Positions 6,986 to 17,257 of a stretch of 64,000 nucleotides of DNA are shown in pieces. Position numbers and translations under genes: made by a program. Each line of letters begins with the position of its first letter. The stretch's first letter is position 1. Source of the stretch: Escherichia phage AV111; sequence record OR352941.1; one strand, written 5' to 3'. The notes beneath the pieces are model-generated. The model was not told where the DNA came from and searched no databases. It was given only the letters and a program-made list of their open reading frames with translations.

Positions 6986-9697
6986 TCAAAAATCGAACAT
7001 ATCGAACAGAGATGCTTTCTTCTCATAATCGAGTTTCGCTGCTGATGTGAATCCTTCAAGTGGTTTAATAAATGTCTTCTCAAGGAGAACAGTGTAGTCC
7101 ATCCAATGAAGTACATCGTCTTTAATTAAATCTGTGATTTCAGTACCAGAAGGCCATGCGATACATTTATCACCGAATGGGTTTCCTTCACGTAAAGGCA
7201 GAACATATACTTTTTCACCTTCTACAACTTGCGGCGCATCAATATTACCTTTGATAGCTCGGTTATATGTCAGAATTCCACGAATATGGAACGGGCATTT
7301 GGGGCCAGGGAATCCACCGACATCATATTTAGCAATGTTATTCGCAGAAGATACCGACGCGATGCTAATATAATTCAATTGACGGAATTCTTTTTCAAAC
7401 TCTTTAAAATATTCTTGTAATGATTCTTCACCTTCTTGAAGCATACGACGAATACATTCTTTAAGAGCTTTCTGTACTGCTTTAGGGGTCGAAGATTTCT
7501 GAGTCTCTAGACCCATGATTTTGAGTTTAGGCTCAGCGTAACGAGTGCCTTCCATATCCCACACGTTTAATGCATAACGTTTCTTACCAGTCCAGAATCC
7601 ACCAATACCTTTAGAACCGAGCGGAGGGCCAGCAATAGCTTCTCGGTCCATGAACATCAAATGTTGCTTATTATTCATGTATTCACACATTTCACGGAAA
7701 CCTCTATCAATAGCTGGTTCCATACGTTCACGTGCAAACTTATCTAAGAAGTCTACCCAATGGTTGGTATCACGGAATTTAGATTCACCAACCTTATCAA
7801 TAATTTTATCTGCAGATACGTAAATGGAGTCTGTATCACCATATAGAACGAAAGCTTCGCCTTCTGTACCACAAACTTCATTCAGATATTCATTAACTTT
7901 ACGTTCAATCCACTGTAAAGCCATTTGCCCAAATGTTGTGATTGCAGTTGCATTACGCAAATCGTAATAACGGAACCAAACGTTTCCAAGTGCACCATAA
8001 AGTGAGTTGATAAGCAATTTACGGTTAATCTGTGCAGTCATACCTGCAACTTCAGTACGTTGAGCTCTAAACAACATTTCATTAAGAGATTTAGCAGACA
8101 ACTTTTTAATCTTTTCTTTAATCTCATCACTGAAGTCGAAACGATAATCAACATCTAATGGTTCGTCAACAGAAAGATTAGGATTATGCAATGCCTCTTT
8201 AATTATTTCGCCATTACGTTGAGCTGCAAGCATGTAACCTTTATGTTCTTTACGTTGATTAAAGACCTTAGTGATTTCAGTTGGAACTACACCATCACGG
8301 TCTTTATAATACATCATGCCGTTAGGAGAGCAACTGTACACATCTGAAGGACGTTCAGCGATTGCGTTAATATAATCATGCAGTGGAGCTACTTTAAACG
8401 TTCCTGCTATTGTTTCAGGGCTAATATTCACTTGGCGAATAATACTTGGATACAGAGATGTAAGGTCGAAACTCATTACATATTTGTATCGATTTGGAAT
8501 AGGTTCCTTAACAAAAGCGCCAGGATAAGGTTGAACCGGGTGAGAACGACCTTGTGGAATCACCTTGTTCTGCTCTTTAAGGCTATTAAAAATAATAGCA
8601 TCCCATGTTTTAATTGGACTGAACACAGATTGAATCTGAATTTTAGCATAATAACCCATGTCCAAGCTCAAGTTAATGAACTGGCGTTTAGCATCAATTT
8701 GCAATACACGATATACGTCGATAATGTTATAAGAAATATATCGTTGGTGATTGCTTTCACGAAGCTTAGAAATAGGGCCGTCATATTTCAGTTTACCAAC
8801 GTTCAATTCAAATTCTGAAATGTAATCCAGAGAATACGACGGTTGGTTCGTGAAAGAGAACTTTTTGTAAAGGTCAATGTAATCAAGAACAGAGATACCG
8901 AACAATGTAATGATTTCACGAGAACCATACATGTTTTCGATAACTTTAACACGAGTTTTACGATGTGGTGATAAACGTTTCGCAGTAGATTCGCCAAAAA
9001 TATTCTTGATTCGGTTATACACATATGGAATATCAAATGACTCAACGTTCCATCCAGTCAAAATGACAGGAGTTTTCTGTTGCCAGAAGTTGAGATATTC
9101 CATCAACAATTCTTTTTCGTTATCGAACGGCATATAAATGATTTTATCGATAATTTCGGATGGAACTTCATCACCGCCTTGTTCTTGAAGCTTAGCAGCG
9201 ATTTCAATAGACCATTCTTCTACATTACCATATGGAGAATTCAATAGATCAAATACGTAGAACCTGTCGTCAATTGAGTCATAATGGGTGATAGCATCAA
9301 TCGGATGTTTTGCTTGTGACGGCTCAGGGAACCCATCCGGAGATGTTACTTCGATGTCGAAGTTAGCCACACGAATTTTTGTATGGTCGTATTTGATTTC
9401 ATAGTTATAAGTGTCAGACAAATACGCCAATTTGAAATCGTCCATGCCAAGTGCTTCAAGTCCGATATCTTCCATGCGTTTAATCCATTGAGACGCATCG
9501 CGCATATTAGCGAACAACTTACGAGTACACGGCTTACCGTAGATATCGAAATATTTCGTAGCCTGACTTTCTGGACAATGAGCAAACAGTGATGGTTTAT
9601 ATTCTACTTCACGAGTACGTTCACGGCCATTAGAATCGATGTAACGTTCAAAAATTGAATCACCAATCTGTTCAACCGTTAAGTAAAATTCTTTCAT
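6986..9697 (-). CDS. 43: DNA polymerase gp43 (family B, with 3'-5' exonuclease)
   Basis: 903 aa; N-terminus MKEFYLTVEQIGDSIFERYIDSNGRERTREVEY and motifs DIEVT, YGDTDS match RB69/T4 gp43. Confidence 0.97.
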   Translation of the reverse strand: MKEFYLTVEQIGDSIFERYIDSNGRERTREVEYKPSLFAHCPESQATKYFDIYGKPCTRKLFANMRDASQWIKRMEDIGLEALGMDDFKLAYLSDTYNYEIKYDHTKIRVANFDIEVTSPDGFPEPSQAKHPIDAITHYDSIDDRFYVFDLLNSPYGNVEEWSIEIAAKLQEQGGDEVPSEIIDKIIYMPFDNEKELLMEYLNFWQQKTPVILTGWNVESFDIPYVYNRIKNIFGESTAKRLSPHRKTRVKVIENMYGSREIITLFGISVLDYIDLYKKFSFTNQPSYSLDYISEFELNVGKLKYDGPISKLRESNHQRYISYNIIDVYRVLQIDAKRQFINLSLDMGYYAKIQIQSVFSPIKTWDAIIFNSLKEQNKVIPQGRSHPVQPYPGAFVKEPIPNRYKYVMSFDLTSLYPSIIRQVNISPETIAGTFKVAPLHDYINAIAERPSDVYSCSPNGMMYYKDRDGVVPTEITKVFNQRKEHKGYMLAAQRNGEIIKEALHNPNLSVDEPLDVDYRFDFSDEIKEKIKKLSAKSLNEMLFRAQRTEVAGMTAQINRKLLINSLYGALGNVWFRYYDLRNATAITTFGQMALQWIERKVNEYLNEVCGTEGEAFVLYGDTDSIYVSADKIIDKVGESKFRDTNHWVDFLDKFARERMEPAIDRGFREMCEYMNNKQHLMFMDREAIAGPPLGSKGIGGFWTGKKRYALNVWDMEGTRYAEPKLKIMGLETQKSSTPKAVQKALKECIRRMLQEGEESLQEYFKEFEKEFRQLNYISIASVSSANNIAKYDVGGFPGPKCPFHIRGILTYNRAIKGNIDAPQVVEGEKVYVLPLREGNPFGDKCIAWPSGTEITDLIKDDVLHWMDYTVLLEKTFIKPLEGFTSAAKLDYEKKASLFDMFDF

Positions 9698-9755
9698 TTA
9701 ATTTCCTTTAGACGAGTTATTGTCTTTTGTTTGTTGATGAACTTATTATACTCCA

Positions 9756-9775
9756 AATGGGACCGAAGTCCCATT
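9756..9775 (-). promoter_or_regulatory. stable stem-loop (AATGGGAC-TTCG-GTCCCATT) between regA stop and gene 43 start; candidate regulatory/operator or processing hairpin
   Basis: Perfect 8-bp inverted repeat with TTCG tetraloop; followed on the minus strand by TATAAT-like hexamer, not by a U-tract. Confidence 0.4.
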
Positions 9776-9778
9776 GCT

Positions 9779-10156
9779 TTAATTACCAATTGTATATTTT
9801 GCTTTCAAAGTCCAGTCATCTTTCTGTTTAAAAGAGATAACACGGAAGTTATTAGTCAGGCCAAACAGATCTTCACGAGCAGAGTCTTCAATAACAATCA
9901 ATCCCCAGTCTTCAAGCAACTGGGCAATCGAATCACGTCGCTGATAGTCTTCACCGTCAATATCAACCTGACGTCCATCCATACGCAACATTTCTTTAAA
10001 GTGGACGATGTAGTATTTACCTTGCTTTTGGAGGATATGACAGGACTGATAAAGAACTTTATCCTTGTTATTAGCGATGCCCATACGGGTCAAAGTCTCT
10101 TTGACTTTCAGAAAATCTTCGGGGTTCTTCAATTTAATTTCAATCATTTTTACCAT
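9779..10156 (-). CDS. regA: RegA translational repressor
   Basis: 125 aa; [30 protein letters not shown] matches T4 RegA; conserved position after 62. Confidence 0.9.
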   Translation of the reverse strand: MVKMIEIKLKNPEDFLKVKETLTRMGIANNKDKVLYQSCHILQKQGKYYIVHFKEMLRMDGRQVDIDGEDYQRRDSIAQLLEDWGLIVIEDSAREDLFGLTNNFRVISFKQKDDWTLKAKYTIGN

Positions 10157-10713
10157 TCCAATGCTAATTTTTTAAATTGTTTTTGTTCTTTCACATTTTT
10201 TGTAACTTCTTTGAGAAACTCATCAGTGACCATGGCCTTCAGTTCTTTAAGGACTATTGGCAACTTGTTATTTTTTTCAAGGAGCCGCTTATACTCGGTA
10301 GCATCATTCATGTTGATTGTGTAACGTTTCATCAACAGTTTGATAACTAGTAACTCTGAAGTGTCTTCGACTAGTTTAGCCCATTTAGAGAATCGACGAC
10401 CACGTGGAATTGCCGCCATCATATAGTTGAAGTGCGCTTCATCACTTAATTCAGAACCGACTAAGTTCATCATGTAAACGGCTGGCATACATTCCGGGAA
10501 CTGGGATAATGAGTTCTCAACCATAAATTTTGAGTAGTCGACCTGAGCAATTGACATAGATTTCTTTTCATTAATAGCATTAATGATTTTAAAGAATTCA
10601 TTCTCAGGTTTTTCTTTAAACATGTCAGCACATTTTTGAATCGCATCAGCGTCATTAGACTTCCATGCAATTTGGTGCTCGTTAAGTTGGACGTCATCAT
10701 CAAATAAGTTCAT
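10150..10713 (-). CDS. 62: clamp loader small subunit gp62
   Basis: 187 aa, same length and position as T4 gp62, immediately downstream of gp44. Confidence 0.85.
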   Translation of the reverse strand: MNLFDDDVQLNEHQIAWKSNDADAIQKCADMFKEKPENEFFKIINAINEKKSMSIAQVDYSKFMVENSLSQFPECMPAVYMMNLVGSELSDEAHFNYMMAAIPRGRRFSKWAKLVEDTSELLVIKLLMKRYTINMNDATEYKRLLEKNNKLPIVLKELKAMVTDEFLKEVTKNVKEQKQFKKLALEW

Positions 10714-10714
10714 A

Positions 10715-11677
10715 TTATTTCCAAGTCAGTTCGCAGGTCAGTTGAAGAAGCATATACATAACATGTAATTCAATATTACTTGCTAATCCATGAAATTTAT
10801 TATTTTCGCCTGCGATTTCATAAAGCGAAATAATACTTTTACCAGGTGCAACTTGGTCATAACATTCTGAAACTAATTTATCGATGAACCATGAATAATC
10901 TGCGGCATATTTTGGAGCTAATGCACGAAGCTGTTTGATATCTTTGTTCTTCATTGCTTCGATAACATCATCTACCGTGCCACGATCATTGGTTACAATC
11001 GACAAAATACCTGCATCAAGAACACCTTTAGACGAGTACCTGTCTAATTGACCAATTGTACGTCGAAAGTCCGGGAAGTTCTTTTTAACCAGAGCTGCAA
11101 CAACTTTCATATCAGCGATTTCGATATTTTCGTTCTTACAGATTTCAACCATGCGATGAATCATTTTCTTCATCATTGAGATTTTATCTTCTTCGGTTGG
11201 ACGTCCGAATTCGATAACTCGACAACGACTACGTAATGGTTCAATAATTCCATCGATGTTGTTGGCAGTAATAATAATAGAACAGTTACTAGAGAATTCT
11301 TCCATGAATGTACGAAGGTGACGTTGTGATTCAGCGAGGCCACTACGGTCAAATTCATCGATAACAATAACTTTAGGCTTGCCTTCCATTGAGACTGAAC
11401 GAGCAAATGCAGTTAACGGACCGCGTACAAAATCAATTTTACAATCAGAACCGTTGACGAACATCATTTCAGCGTTGATATCGTTACATAGTGCTTTTGC
11501 CACGGTTGTTTTACCGGTACCAGGAGATGGAGAGTGTAAAATAATATGAGGAAGTTTTCCTTTAGATACTAAAGACTTGAATGTTTCATGGTCATACGCA
11601 GGCAGAATACATTCGTCAATGGAAGAAGGACGATATTTCTGTTCTAGAATGTGCTCTTTGGAATTGATAGTAATCAT
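10715..11677 (-). CDS. 44: clamp loader ATPase gp44 (AAA+)
   Basis: 320 aa; Walker [11 protein letters not shown], Walker B VIVIDEFD; T4 gp44-like. Confidence 0.92.
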   Translation of the reverse strand: MITINSKEHILEQKYRPSSIDECILPAYDHETFKSLVSKGKLPHIILHSPSPGTGKTTVAKALCNDINAEMMFVNGSDCKIDFVRGPLTAFARSVSMEGKPKVIVIDEFDRSGLAESQRHLRTFMEEFSSNCSIIITANNIDGIIEPLRSRCRVIEFGRPTEEDKISMMKKMIHRMVEICKNENIEIADMKVVAALVKKNFPDFRRTIGQLDRYSSKGVLDAGILSIVTNDRGTVDDVIEAMKNKDIKQLRALAPKYAADYSWFIDKLVSECYDQVAPGKSIISLYEIAGENNKFHGLASNIELHVMYMLLQLTCELTWK

Positions 11678-11752
11678 GTAATTTTCCTCATTATCATTAA
11701 ACTGGAGGATTTCTCCTCCATAATCGTACTACATTAAACGTAAAGCTTTGAC

Positions 11753-12439
11753 TTAGAAGTCGTGAGTAGAATCGGCTTCCATTGCAATAACATAACTTAC
11801 TTGAGAGCTTTCAAACTTGGCTGCAACTTTATCACCAGCTCCCCACAACATTACTTTATAGTTACCTGGCTGGATTTTCATATTAGCCATATTGATTACG
11901 AAGTTAAAGTTGTTAGAACCATCATAATCGGTAAGAGTCAAAGAATACTTAGGACGAGTTAGTCCGGAATCTTCAACTTTATTATAGCCATTGATAACAA
12001 TTTTACCATCTTTATTTGTAATAGCAATTATATCAATCTGAAGACCACGTGAAACTCGAAGCAATTGTTGAAGGTCTTCAGCTTTAATTTCAGTAATCAC
12101 AGAAGCCACTGGGAATTGAATTGGCTTATTAGGAAAAACAATGGTGCTCTTGTCAGCGGCAGGCCAATAAACTGTGGAACGTGTATCTGCAATTTTAATA
12201 TTGCCATCGGTGTGCATTGAAATTTCAGCATCATCGGACACTAGACTCAAAATGCTTAAGAAGCTATTCAAATCATAAAGTGCTACGTCAAAATCAATTT
12301 CATCAGAGATATTTGCTTCCGCATAAGTGGTGCCATTAACTGCACGAGTCATAATAAATTTACCTTGACTAAGCAGAATGCCAGAGTTAATAGAAGCGAA
12401 GTTTTTCAGAATATTTACGGTTTCACGGCTAAGTTTCAT
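11753..12439 (-). CDS. 45: sliding clamp gp45
   Basis: 228 aa, T4 gp45 length and position. Confidence 0.9.
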   Translation of the reverse strand: MKLSRETVNILKNFASINSGILLSQGKFIMTRAVNGTTYAEANISDEIDFDVALYDLNSFLSILSLVSDDAEISMHTDGNIKIADTRSTVYWPAADKSTIVFPNKPIQFPVASVITEIKAEDLQQLLRVSRGLQIDIIAITNKDGKIVINGYNKVEDSGLTRPKYSLTLTDYDGSNNFNFVINMANMKIQPGNYKVMLWGAGDKVAAKFESSQVSYVIAMEADSTHDF

Positions 12440-12711
12440 TTAGGTTTCCTATTAGCATAATAATTTGTCCAAGACCGGATAGCACCTTGGTATGATTCAT
12501 CATTAAAACCATGCTGAATTGCATGTTTTCTAAATGTAATATAACTTGGTTTTCCTAAAGCAATCCACAATTCCTTTAATTTTTGTTCATGAAATATCCA
12601 TGTACCTCTAGCTTTAGATTTTCTGAATTTATCCTTAAATTCTTTGGTTGCATTTCTTTTCGAAGCTGCGATAGAGGCCTTTGCTCTATTTTCAGGTTTA
12701 GACCAATACAA
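12436..12711 (-). CDS. possible displaced C-terminal DNA-binding segment of the adjacent homing endonuclease (NUMOD3-like WSKPENRAKASIAASKRN plus HTH-like tail), in a different frame
   Basis: 91-aa ORF overlapping the last ~45 codons of 12576..13334 in another frame; AT-rich homopolymer runs near 12712-12740. Confidence 0.4.
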   Translation of the reverse strand: MYWSKPENRAKASIAASKRNATKEFKDKFRKSKARGTWIFHEQKLKELWIALGKPSYITFRKHAIQHGFNDESYQGAIRSWTNYYANRKPK

Positions 12712-13334
12712 TGTTTTAGATATTTTATTTTATCTTTAACATTAGGAGAATTCATTATATCTTTAAATTTTAAAGCAAAATCTCTATCGCTAAACATTTT
12801 TTTAGAACGAATAGAAACTTTCTCTCTTCGTTCTTTGGTCCAATATGTTTTTTGAAATTCTCTAATTGCGTTTAAATGATTCTCCGACAATTTGCAATTT
12901 TTTCTAACACCGACGTAATCTTCATTTATTTCGTTTTTAGAAAGTTTTACTATTTTGCCTGTTTTTAAATTTTTATACGGTGCATATCCTTTAGCTGATA
13001 TTCTAGACTTCTCGTTAGCATAAGCCTTATTAAAATATTTTTCATTTGAAACGGCTTTAACATTGAGTTGGAATAGTCTTTCTATTCTTCTAGGGTCTAA
13101 TGTGGTTTCGCCTAAAATTTTTACAGAATATTCGCCTTGGTCTATTAATCTGTTATATAAAGGAGAATACGAGGAATTAACACTACCGGTATATATTTTA
13201 CCGGTAGAATCTTCAATAATATCCTTTCCATTAAAATGACACGAAACTTTAGAACCTATATAATAACACGGGTATTCATTTTTAATCTCACGATTATAAA
13301 AGGTTATAAGATATATTAAATTCATAATTATCAA
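12576..13334 (-). CDS. GIY-YIG homing endonuclease-like protein (Seg-like), possibly frameshifted near its 3' end
   Basis: N-terminus NLIYLITFYNREIKNEYPCYYIGSK (GIY...YIG spacing) and NUMOD3-like YWTKERREKVSIRSKK; inserted between 45 and rpbA-like gene. Confidence 0.7.
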   Translation of the reverse strand: MIIMNLIYLITFYNREIKNEYPCYYIGSKVSCHFNGKDIIEDSTGKIYTGSVNSSYSPLYNRLIDQGEYSVKILGETTLDPRRIERLFQLNVKAVSNEKYFNKAYANEKSRISAKGYAPYKNLKTGKIVKLSKNEINEDYVGVRKNCKLSENHLNAIREFQKTYWTKERREKVSIRSKKMFSDRDFALKFKDIMNSPNVKDKIKYLKHCIGLNLKIEQRPLSQLRKEMQPKNLRINSENLKLEVHGYFMNKN

Positions 13335-13747
13335 GCAGCAACCATCTGCTTTTTAATAGCTTCAGGCAGTGATTCAATATATTCTGGAATTTTAGAAGCA
13401 ACAATTTCGCCAGCTGCAATTAGTTGTTCGTCGGCATCAACACAGTAAAAATCTTCAAGGCGTTCAGAACCGTCTTTATCAAGAACGATTTTAGCACCTG
13501 CTTCGATAGAATCTTTATAGTGCTTACGCATCAAATGAATCCACATATCAGACACATCGTTATCAATAAAACCATAAATCATAAAACGAGTTTCTTGTGG
13601 CAAAGATTGGAGTTTTTTAGCACTTGCGTCATCACAATGCAGGACCCATGCTTTACGAACACGATTATGGTTATGCGGGTTAGCGTCAGTACGGATAGAA
13701 GTAACTTTCAGATCAGCAGCGGTAAAACCTTTAGCAGTAGTAAACAT
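13331..13747 (-). CDS. rpbA: RpbA-like protein (positional assignment)
   Basis: 138 aa ORF between 45 and 46 where T4 has rpbA; no sequence verification possible. Confidence 0.45.
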   Translation of the reverse strand: MFTTAKGFTAADLKVTSIRTDANPHNHNRVRKAWVLHCDDASAKKLQSLPQETRFMIYGFIDNDVSDMWIHLMRKHYKDSIEAGAKIVLDKDGSERLEDFYCVDADEQLIAAGEIVASKIPEYIESLPEAIKKQMVAA

Positions 13748-13759
13748 ATTATTTCTCTC

Positions 13760-13960
13760 TTATTCGTAGAAGTCGGTAACTGTCCATGCGGAATTGCGAT
13801 TAGACATTATTTTATTATACTCATCTTTAAAAGCAGATTTGAGCATTTGTTCAGTGACAATATGTTCTTCACCTGAAAACGTATTGGTCAAAACATATTT
13901 TTTAATTTCAGGGACAACGAGAAGATGTTGTCCAGTTGAATACTCCATGTTGTTCTCCAT
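13760..13960 (-). CDS. hypothetical protein, 66 aa
   Basis: ORF track; between rpbA-like gene and 46. Confidence 0.4.
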   Translation of the reverse strand: MENNMEYSTGQHLLVVPEIKKYVLTNTFSGEEHIVTEQMLKSAFKDEYNKIMSNRNSAWTVTDFYE

Positions 13961-14002
13961 TTAATTTGATGTGGTCATTATAACCACATCGTGTTAAAGC
14001 GT

Positions 14003-15691
14003 TTATGAAACAGTCATTACAGTAAATCGTCCAACTTTGCTCATTTGCAAATGTTGTCCATAACGTTGAGGGTCATGGTCCCTATGAGAAATAATGAACA
14101 CGTTAGTATTTTGTAAACTTCCAAGAATGGTATCTATAGCCTTAACAGCTTCAGAATCAACTGCCCCATCAAAAACCTCATCAAGAATCAGAGTGTTGAT
14201 TTTAACACCAGAGACCTTTTCAGCAATATCTCGCCATGTAAACAACAACGCGATATCAATGCGTGCTTTTTCACCTTGACTAAATGAAGCATAACTAAAA
14301 TCTTCACGACCACGTGATTTTATAGATTCATTGAATTCTTCATCAATAGAAAACACGTAATCAGCTTCCATAATTTTAAGATAATGGTTAATCTGCTTGT
14401 TGAACAGAGGCACATATTTTTTAATGATAGCACCTTTAATACCAGAATCTTTTAACATATCTGTGATAATACCACGATGGTATTTTTCAAGAACGATATC
14501 CGATTTTGTTTTAATGATTTTATCAAGTTCTTTTTGAAGCAAAGCTATCTCATCGGCATGGTCGATAAATTCTGCTGAGGCTTGCTCTATTGCAGCTTTA
14601 ACTTTCTTAGCTTTATCAATAGTGGCAATCATTGCTTGTTTCTTGGTACGAATATCGGATGCAAGGTCCTGCTTAGTCTTAACATTAGCTCTATATTCGT
14701 CCACTAGGACACTCAGATTATCTCTGTGACAGGTAAGTTGCTCGAATGAGTGATTACATTCATGAAGCTTATCGGTAATCTTAGAGACAATAGGGTCACC
14801 CTGGTGCAATTGTGATGCACAAGTAGGACATGTGCCACCGTCATGATACATCTTAATAACTTTGTTATATGAGTCGATTTTAGATTTAATCAAGAATGCT
14901 TCTTGTCCTATCTTGTTGAATGCCTCAGTAGGGTCTTCATCAAGAACGATATTAAGTAGTCGCTCATTAGCTTCTTCGATTTCTGCTTTTAATGAACGAG
15001 CTTCTTTGGCTAGGTCGTCATACATATTCTGTAGACGCGCTACATTATCACCAGATAATTTCTTTTGACGTTCGATATTCTCGTTATAAATCTTAATTTG
15101 TTGGATAACACCATCTTTCTTGGCATCAAGAACTTGTCCCTGAGAATTAAGTTCGCGAACTTGAGACTTATTGATTTTATCCATTTCAGCGAGTGTGCCG
15201 ACTTCTAAAAGGTCTTCGACAAGTTTTCTACGAGCAGGGGTGCTAAGAGCCATGAAAGGGGTATACCCTGCCGTCCCAAGCACAACGATCTGTTTAAAAG
15301 ACGCGTATGACATTCCGATGCTACGTTCAAATTCTTCTTGGAAGTCACGACTGCTGGCAGATTCATCAAGACGAACACCGTCAACGGAGATTTCGAAAAT
15401 ATTGGGCTTTTGGCCTCGTTTAATGAAGTATTTTTTATCATCGAATTCCATCCAAAGCTCAACTAAGAGCTCTTTCTTGTTCGTGCTATTAATGATTTGT
15501 CCTTTCTTAACATCACGAAATGGTTTACCGAAAAGTCCGAAAGTAATGGCTTCTAACATCGTAGATTTACCACCGCCATTTTTACCGGTGATTAAGGTCT
15601 TTTGGACTTTATCTAATTGGATATCGATAGGATTCCCACCTACCGACATGATGTTTTGATAACGAACACGATTTAATTTAAATGATTTCAT
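14003..15691 (-). CDS. 46: recombination endonuclease subunit gp46 (Rad50/SbcC-like ATPase)
   Basis: 562 aa; Walker A GKNGGGKST, coiled-coil middle, zinc hook CPTC, C-terminal LILDEVFDG. Confidence 0.93.
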   Translation of the reverse strand: MKSFKLNRVRYQNIMSVGGNPIDIQLDKVQKTLITGKNGGGKSTMLEAITFGLFGKPFRDVKKGQIINSTNKKELLVELWMEFDDKKYFIKRGQKPNIFEISVDGVRLDESASSRDFQEEFERSIGMSYASFKQIVVLGTAGYTPFMALSTPARRKLVEDLLEVGTLAEMDKINKSQVRELNSQGQVLDAKKDGVIQQIKIYNENIERQKKLSGDNVARLQNMYDDLAKEARSLKAEIEEANERLLNIVLDEDPTEAFNKIGQEAFLIKSKIDSYNKVIKMYHDGGTCPTCASQLHQGDPIVSKITDKLHECNHSFEQLTCHRDNLSVLVDEYRANVKTKQDLASDIRTKKQAMIATIDKAKKVKAAIEQASAEFIDHADEIALLQKELDKIIKTKSDIVLEKYHRGIITDMLKDSGIKGAIIKKYVPLFNKQINHYLKIMEADYVFSIDEEFNESIKSRGREDFSYASFSQGEKARIDIALLFTWRDIAEKVSGVKINTLILDEVFDGAVDSEAVKAIDTILGSLQNTNVFIISHRDHDPQRYGQHLQMSKVGRFTVMTVS

Positions 15692-15942
15692 ATGTATTCT
15701 CTTCGAATGAAGTCCTCTACATATTTTAACATGTCATCTCTATCAGCAAAATATTCATCTAGTTCTGCATACATAACAACACCTGGTGCATACTCACAGG
15801 TAACATACATTGTTCCAAAGAAACGAGGAGTTGATTCCTCGTAATTCTCAGTCCATTCAACGATACCAATATAACCGTCACCAATACTAAATTCATGACG
15901 ATGGATTTCATAATCAGTCTTCGTCATTATACGCATCCTCAA
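15688..15942 (-). CDS. hypothetical protein, 84 aa (46.1-like)
   Basis: ORF track; overlaps 46 start by 4 nt. Confidence 0.5.
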   Translation of the reverse strand: MRMRIMTKTDYEIHRHEFSIGDGYIGIVEWTENYEESTPRFFGTMYVTCEYAPGVVMYAELDEYFADRDDMLKYVEDFIRREYI

Positions 15943-16171
15943 TACACGCTTCAGCCATTTTAAGAATAGAGCCGGGAGTATCGTTGTCCATTATATTAAA
16001 GCTAAATTCAATAGCCCAGTCGGTGCAGACATGAACTGCTTTAACTTCATTGCCTTCAACGCGTAATGGCTCAATCCAATACTTGATAGTGTTCTCGAAT
16101 CCATCATCGTCTTTAACGTCCATTTCAACTTCAAGTCCAAGCCCAGCATTATTAAATTCATCTAAAGTCAT
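15914..16171 (-). CDS. hypothetical protein, 85 aa (46.2-like)
   Basis: ORF track; overlaps 47 stop by 4 nt. Confidence 0.5.
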   Translation of the reverse strand: MTLDEFNNAGLGLEVEMDVKDDDGFENTIKYWIEPLRVEGNEVKAVHVCTDWAIEFSFNIMDNDTPGSILKMAEACIEDAYNDED

Positions 16172-17187
16172 TGTGTTGCCTCAATATAAAGTTCGTTGGA
16201 ATATTTGACCAGCGCTTCTCTGTCTTCGTCTGAGATATCTGGAATCGCGTCAATATATTCTTTAATGATATCTTGAAGTGATTTAATCTCGATTTCCTGG
16301 TCGTCATCAGATTCAACACTGTTATCAACTTTAGAAACCATGCGAAGAGAGTGAACTACTTTTTCAAGTTCAGATTCAAACTTAGTCAACTCTGAATCAA
16401 TTTCTGATACTATAACACGTAAGGCTAGATTAGTATAATCAGAATAATTGATTTTGCCTTTAAACGGATAAGTGATTCGTCGATGCCATGTTGTTTCATT
16501 AGGAATAAATTCCATACGTTCAACATCAGTGTCAAATACCCAGAATCCGCGCGGGTCATTCTCATCACCTGCAGTAAGGGTCCATGGTGTCCCAATATAT
16601 TTGACGTTAGCAGCTTCAGAGATTGTGTGGAAGTGGCCGGACCAGACTTGTTTATAGGTCTTTAAGAAATCAGGTTCAAGCCCATGAGACTTCATTCCTT
16701 TATAGAAATAAAAGCCGTTAAGTTCCCAGTGACCAACACAATACGCAGCAGAAGAAGTCTTGATGTGCTCTAAGATTTCACCTGTATTTTCTTCACACAT
16801 CCATGGAACGATATCAATCAGACATCCGTCAAAATCTACAGTAGTCGGATGCTCGTAAATAGTAAAGTTTTCAAATTGAGTTAACAATTCAGAAACAGTG
16901 TTAGGTGTTATTGTATTCTTAAACGCCATGTCATGGTTTCCTATCGTGACATGAACGTGAATGCCTGCTTTAGAAATCATATCAACGATTTCACGATTGA
17001 ATTCCATTGTACGATGTGTTATTGCTTTACGGACGTCAAACCAATCACCGTACTGAATCCAAGTTTTAATCCCGTGTTTCTTAGAGTATTCAATTGCTTG
17101 TTGAATACCATCACGTTGAATATCTTGAACCCATGGGTCGTCTTGTTTGACTCCGATATGGAAGTCGCCTAAGTGCAAAATTTTCAT
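16168..17187 (-). CDS. 47: recombination endonuclease subunit gp47 (Mre11/SbcD-like phosphoesterase)
   Basis: 339 aa; MKILHLGDFHIG, GNHD, GHWELNGF metallophosphatase motifs. Confidence 0.93.
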   Translation of the reverse strand: MKILHLGDFHIGVKQDDPWVQDIQRDGIQQAIEYSKKHGIKTWIQYGDWFDVRKAITHRTMEFNREIVDMISKAGIHVHVTIGNHDMAFKNTITPNTVSELLTQFENFTIYEHPTTVDFDGCLIDIVPWMCEENTGEILEHIKTSSAAYCVGHWELNGFYFYKGMKSHGLEPDFLKTYKQVWSGHFHTISEAANVKYIGTPWTLTAGDENDPRGFWVFDTDVERMEFIPNETTWHRRITYPFKGKINYSDYTNLALRVIVSEIDSELTKFESELEKVVHSLRMVSKVDNSVESDDDQEIEIKSLQDIIKEYIDAIPDISDEDREALVKYSNELYIEATQ

Positions 17188-17232
17188 ATTATTTCCTCAT
17201 TAGTTAATTCATTCTATCATCCGTTTATAAAG

Positions 17233-17257
17233 CAAAAAAGGAACTCCGAAGAGTTCC
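17233..17257 (-). terminator. rho-independent terminator (GGAACTC-TTCG-GAGTTCC + T6 on minus strand)
   Basis: Hairpin immediately after stop of small ORF 17257..17430, followed by TTTTTT. Confidence 0.7.

Noticed and set aside
7134-9592. Several plus- and minus-strand ORFs of 60-150 aa inside gene 43 (e.g. 7134..7373, 8378..8818, 8803..9045, 9383..9592)
   Set aside because: All are embedded in or antisense to the well-supported DNA polymerase ORF; no independent coding evidence.
9731-10324. 197-aa plus-strand ORF across regA/62
   Set aside because: Antisense to two conserved minus-strand genes; low-complexity, hydrophobic translation typical of an AT-rich antisense frame.
15171-15659. 162-aa plus-strand ORF inside gene 46 and other antisense ORFs in 46/47
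   Set aside because: Antisense to strongly supported gp46/gp47 coding sequence.
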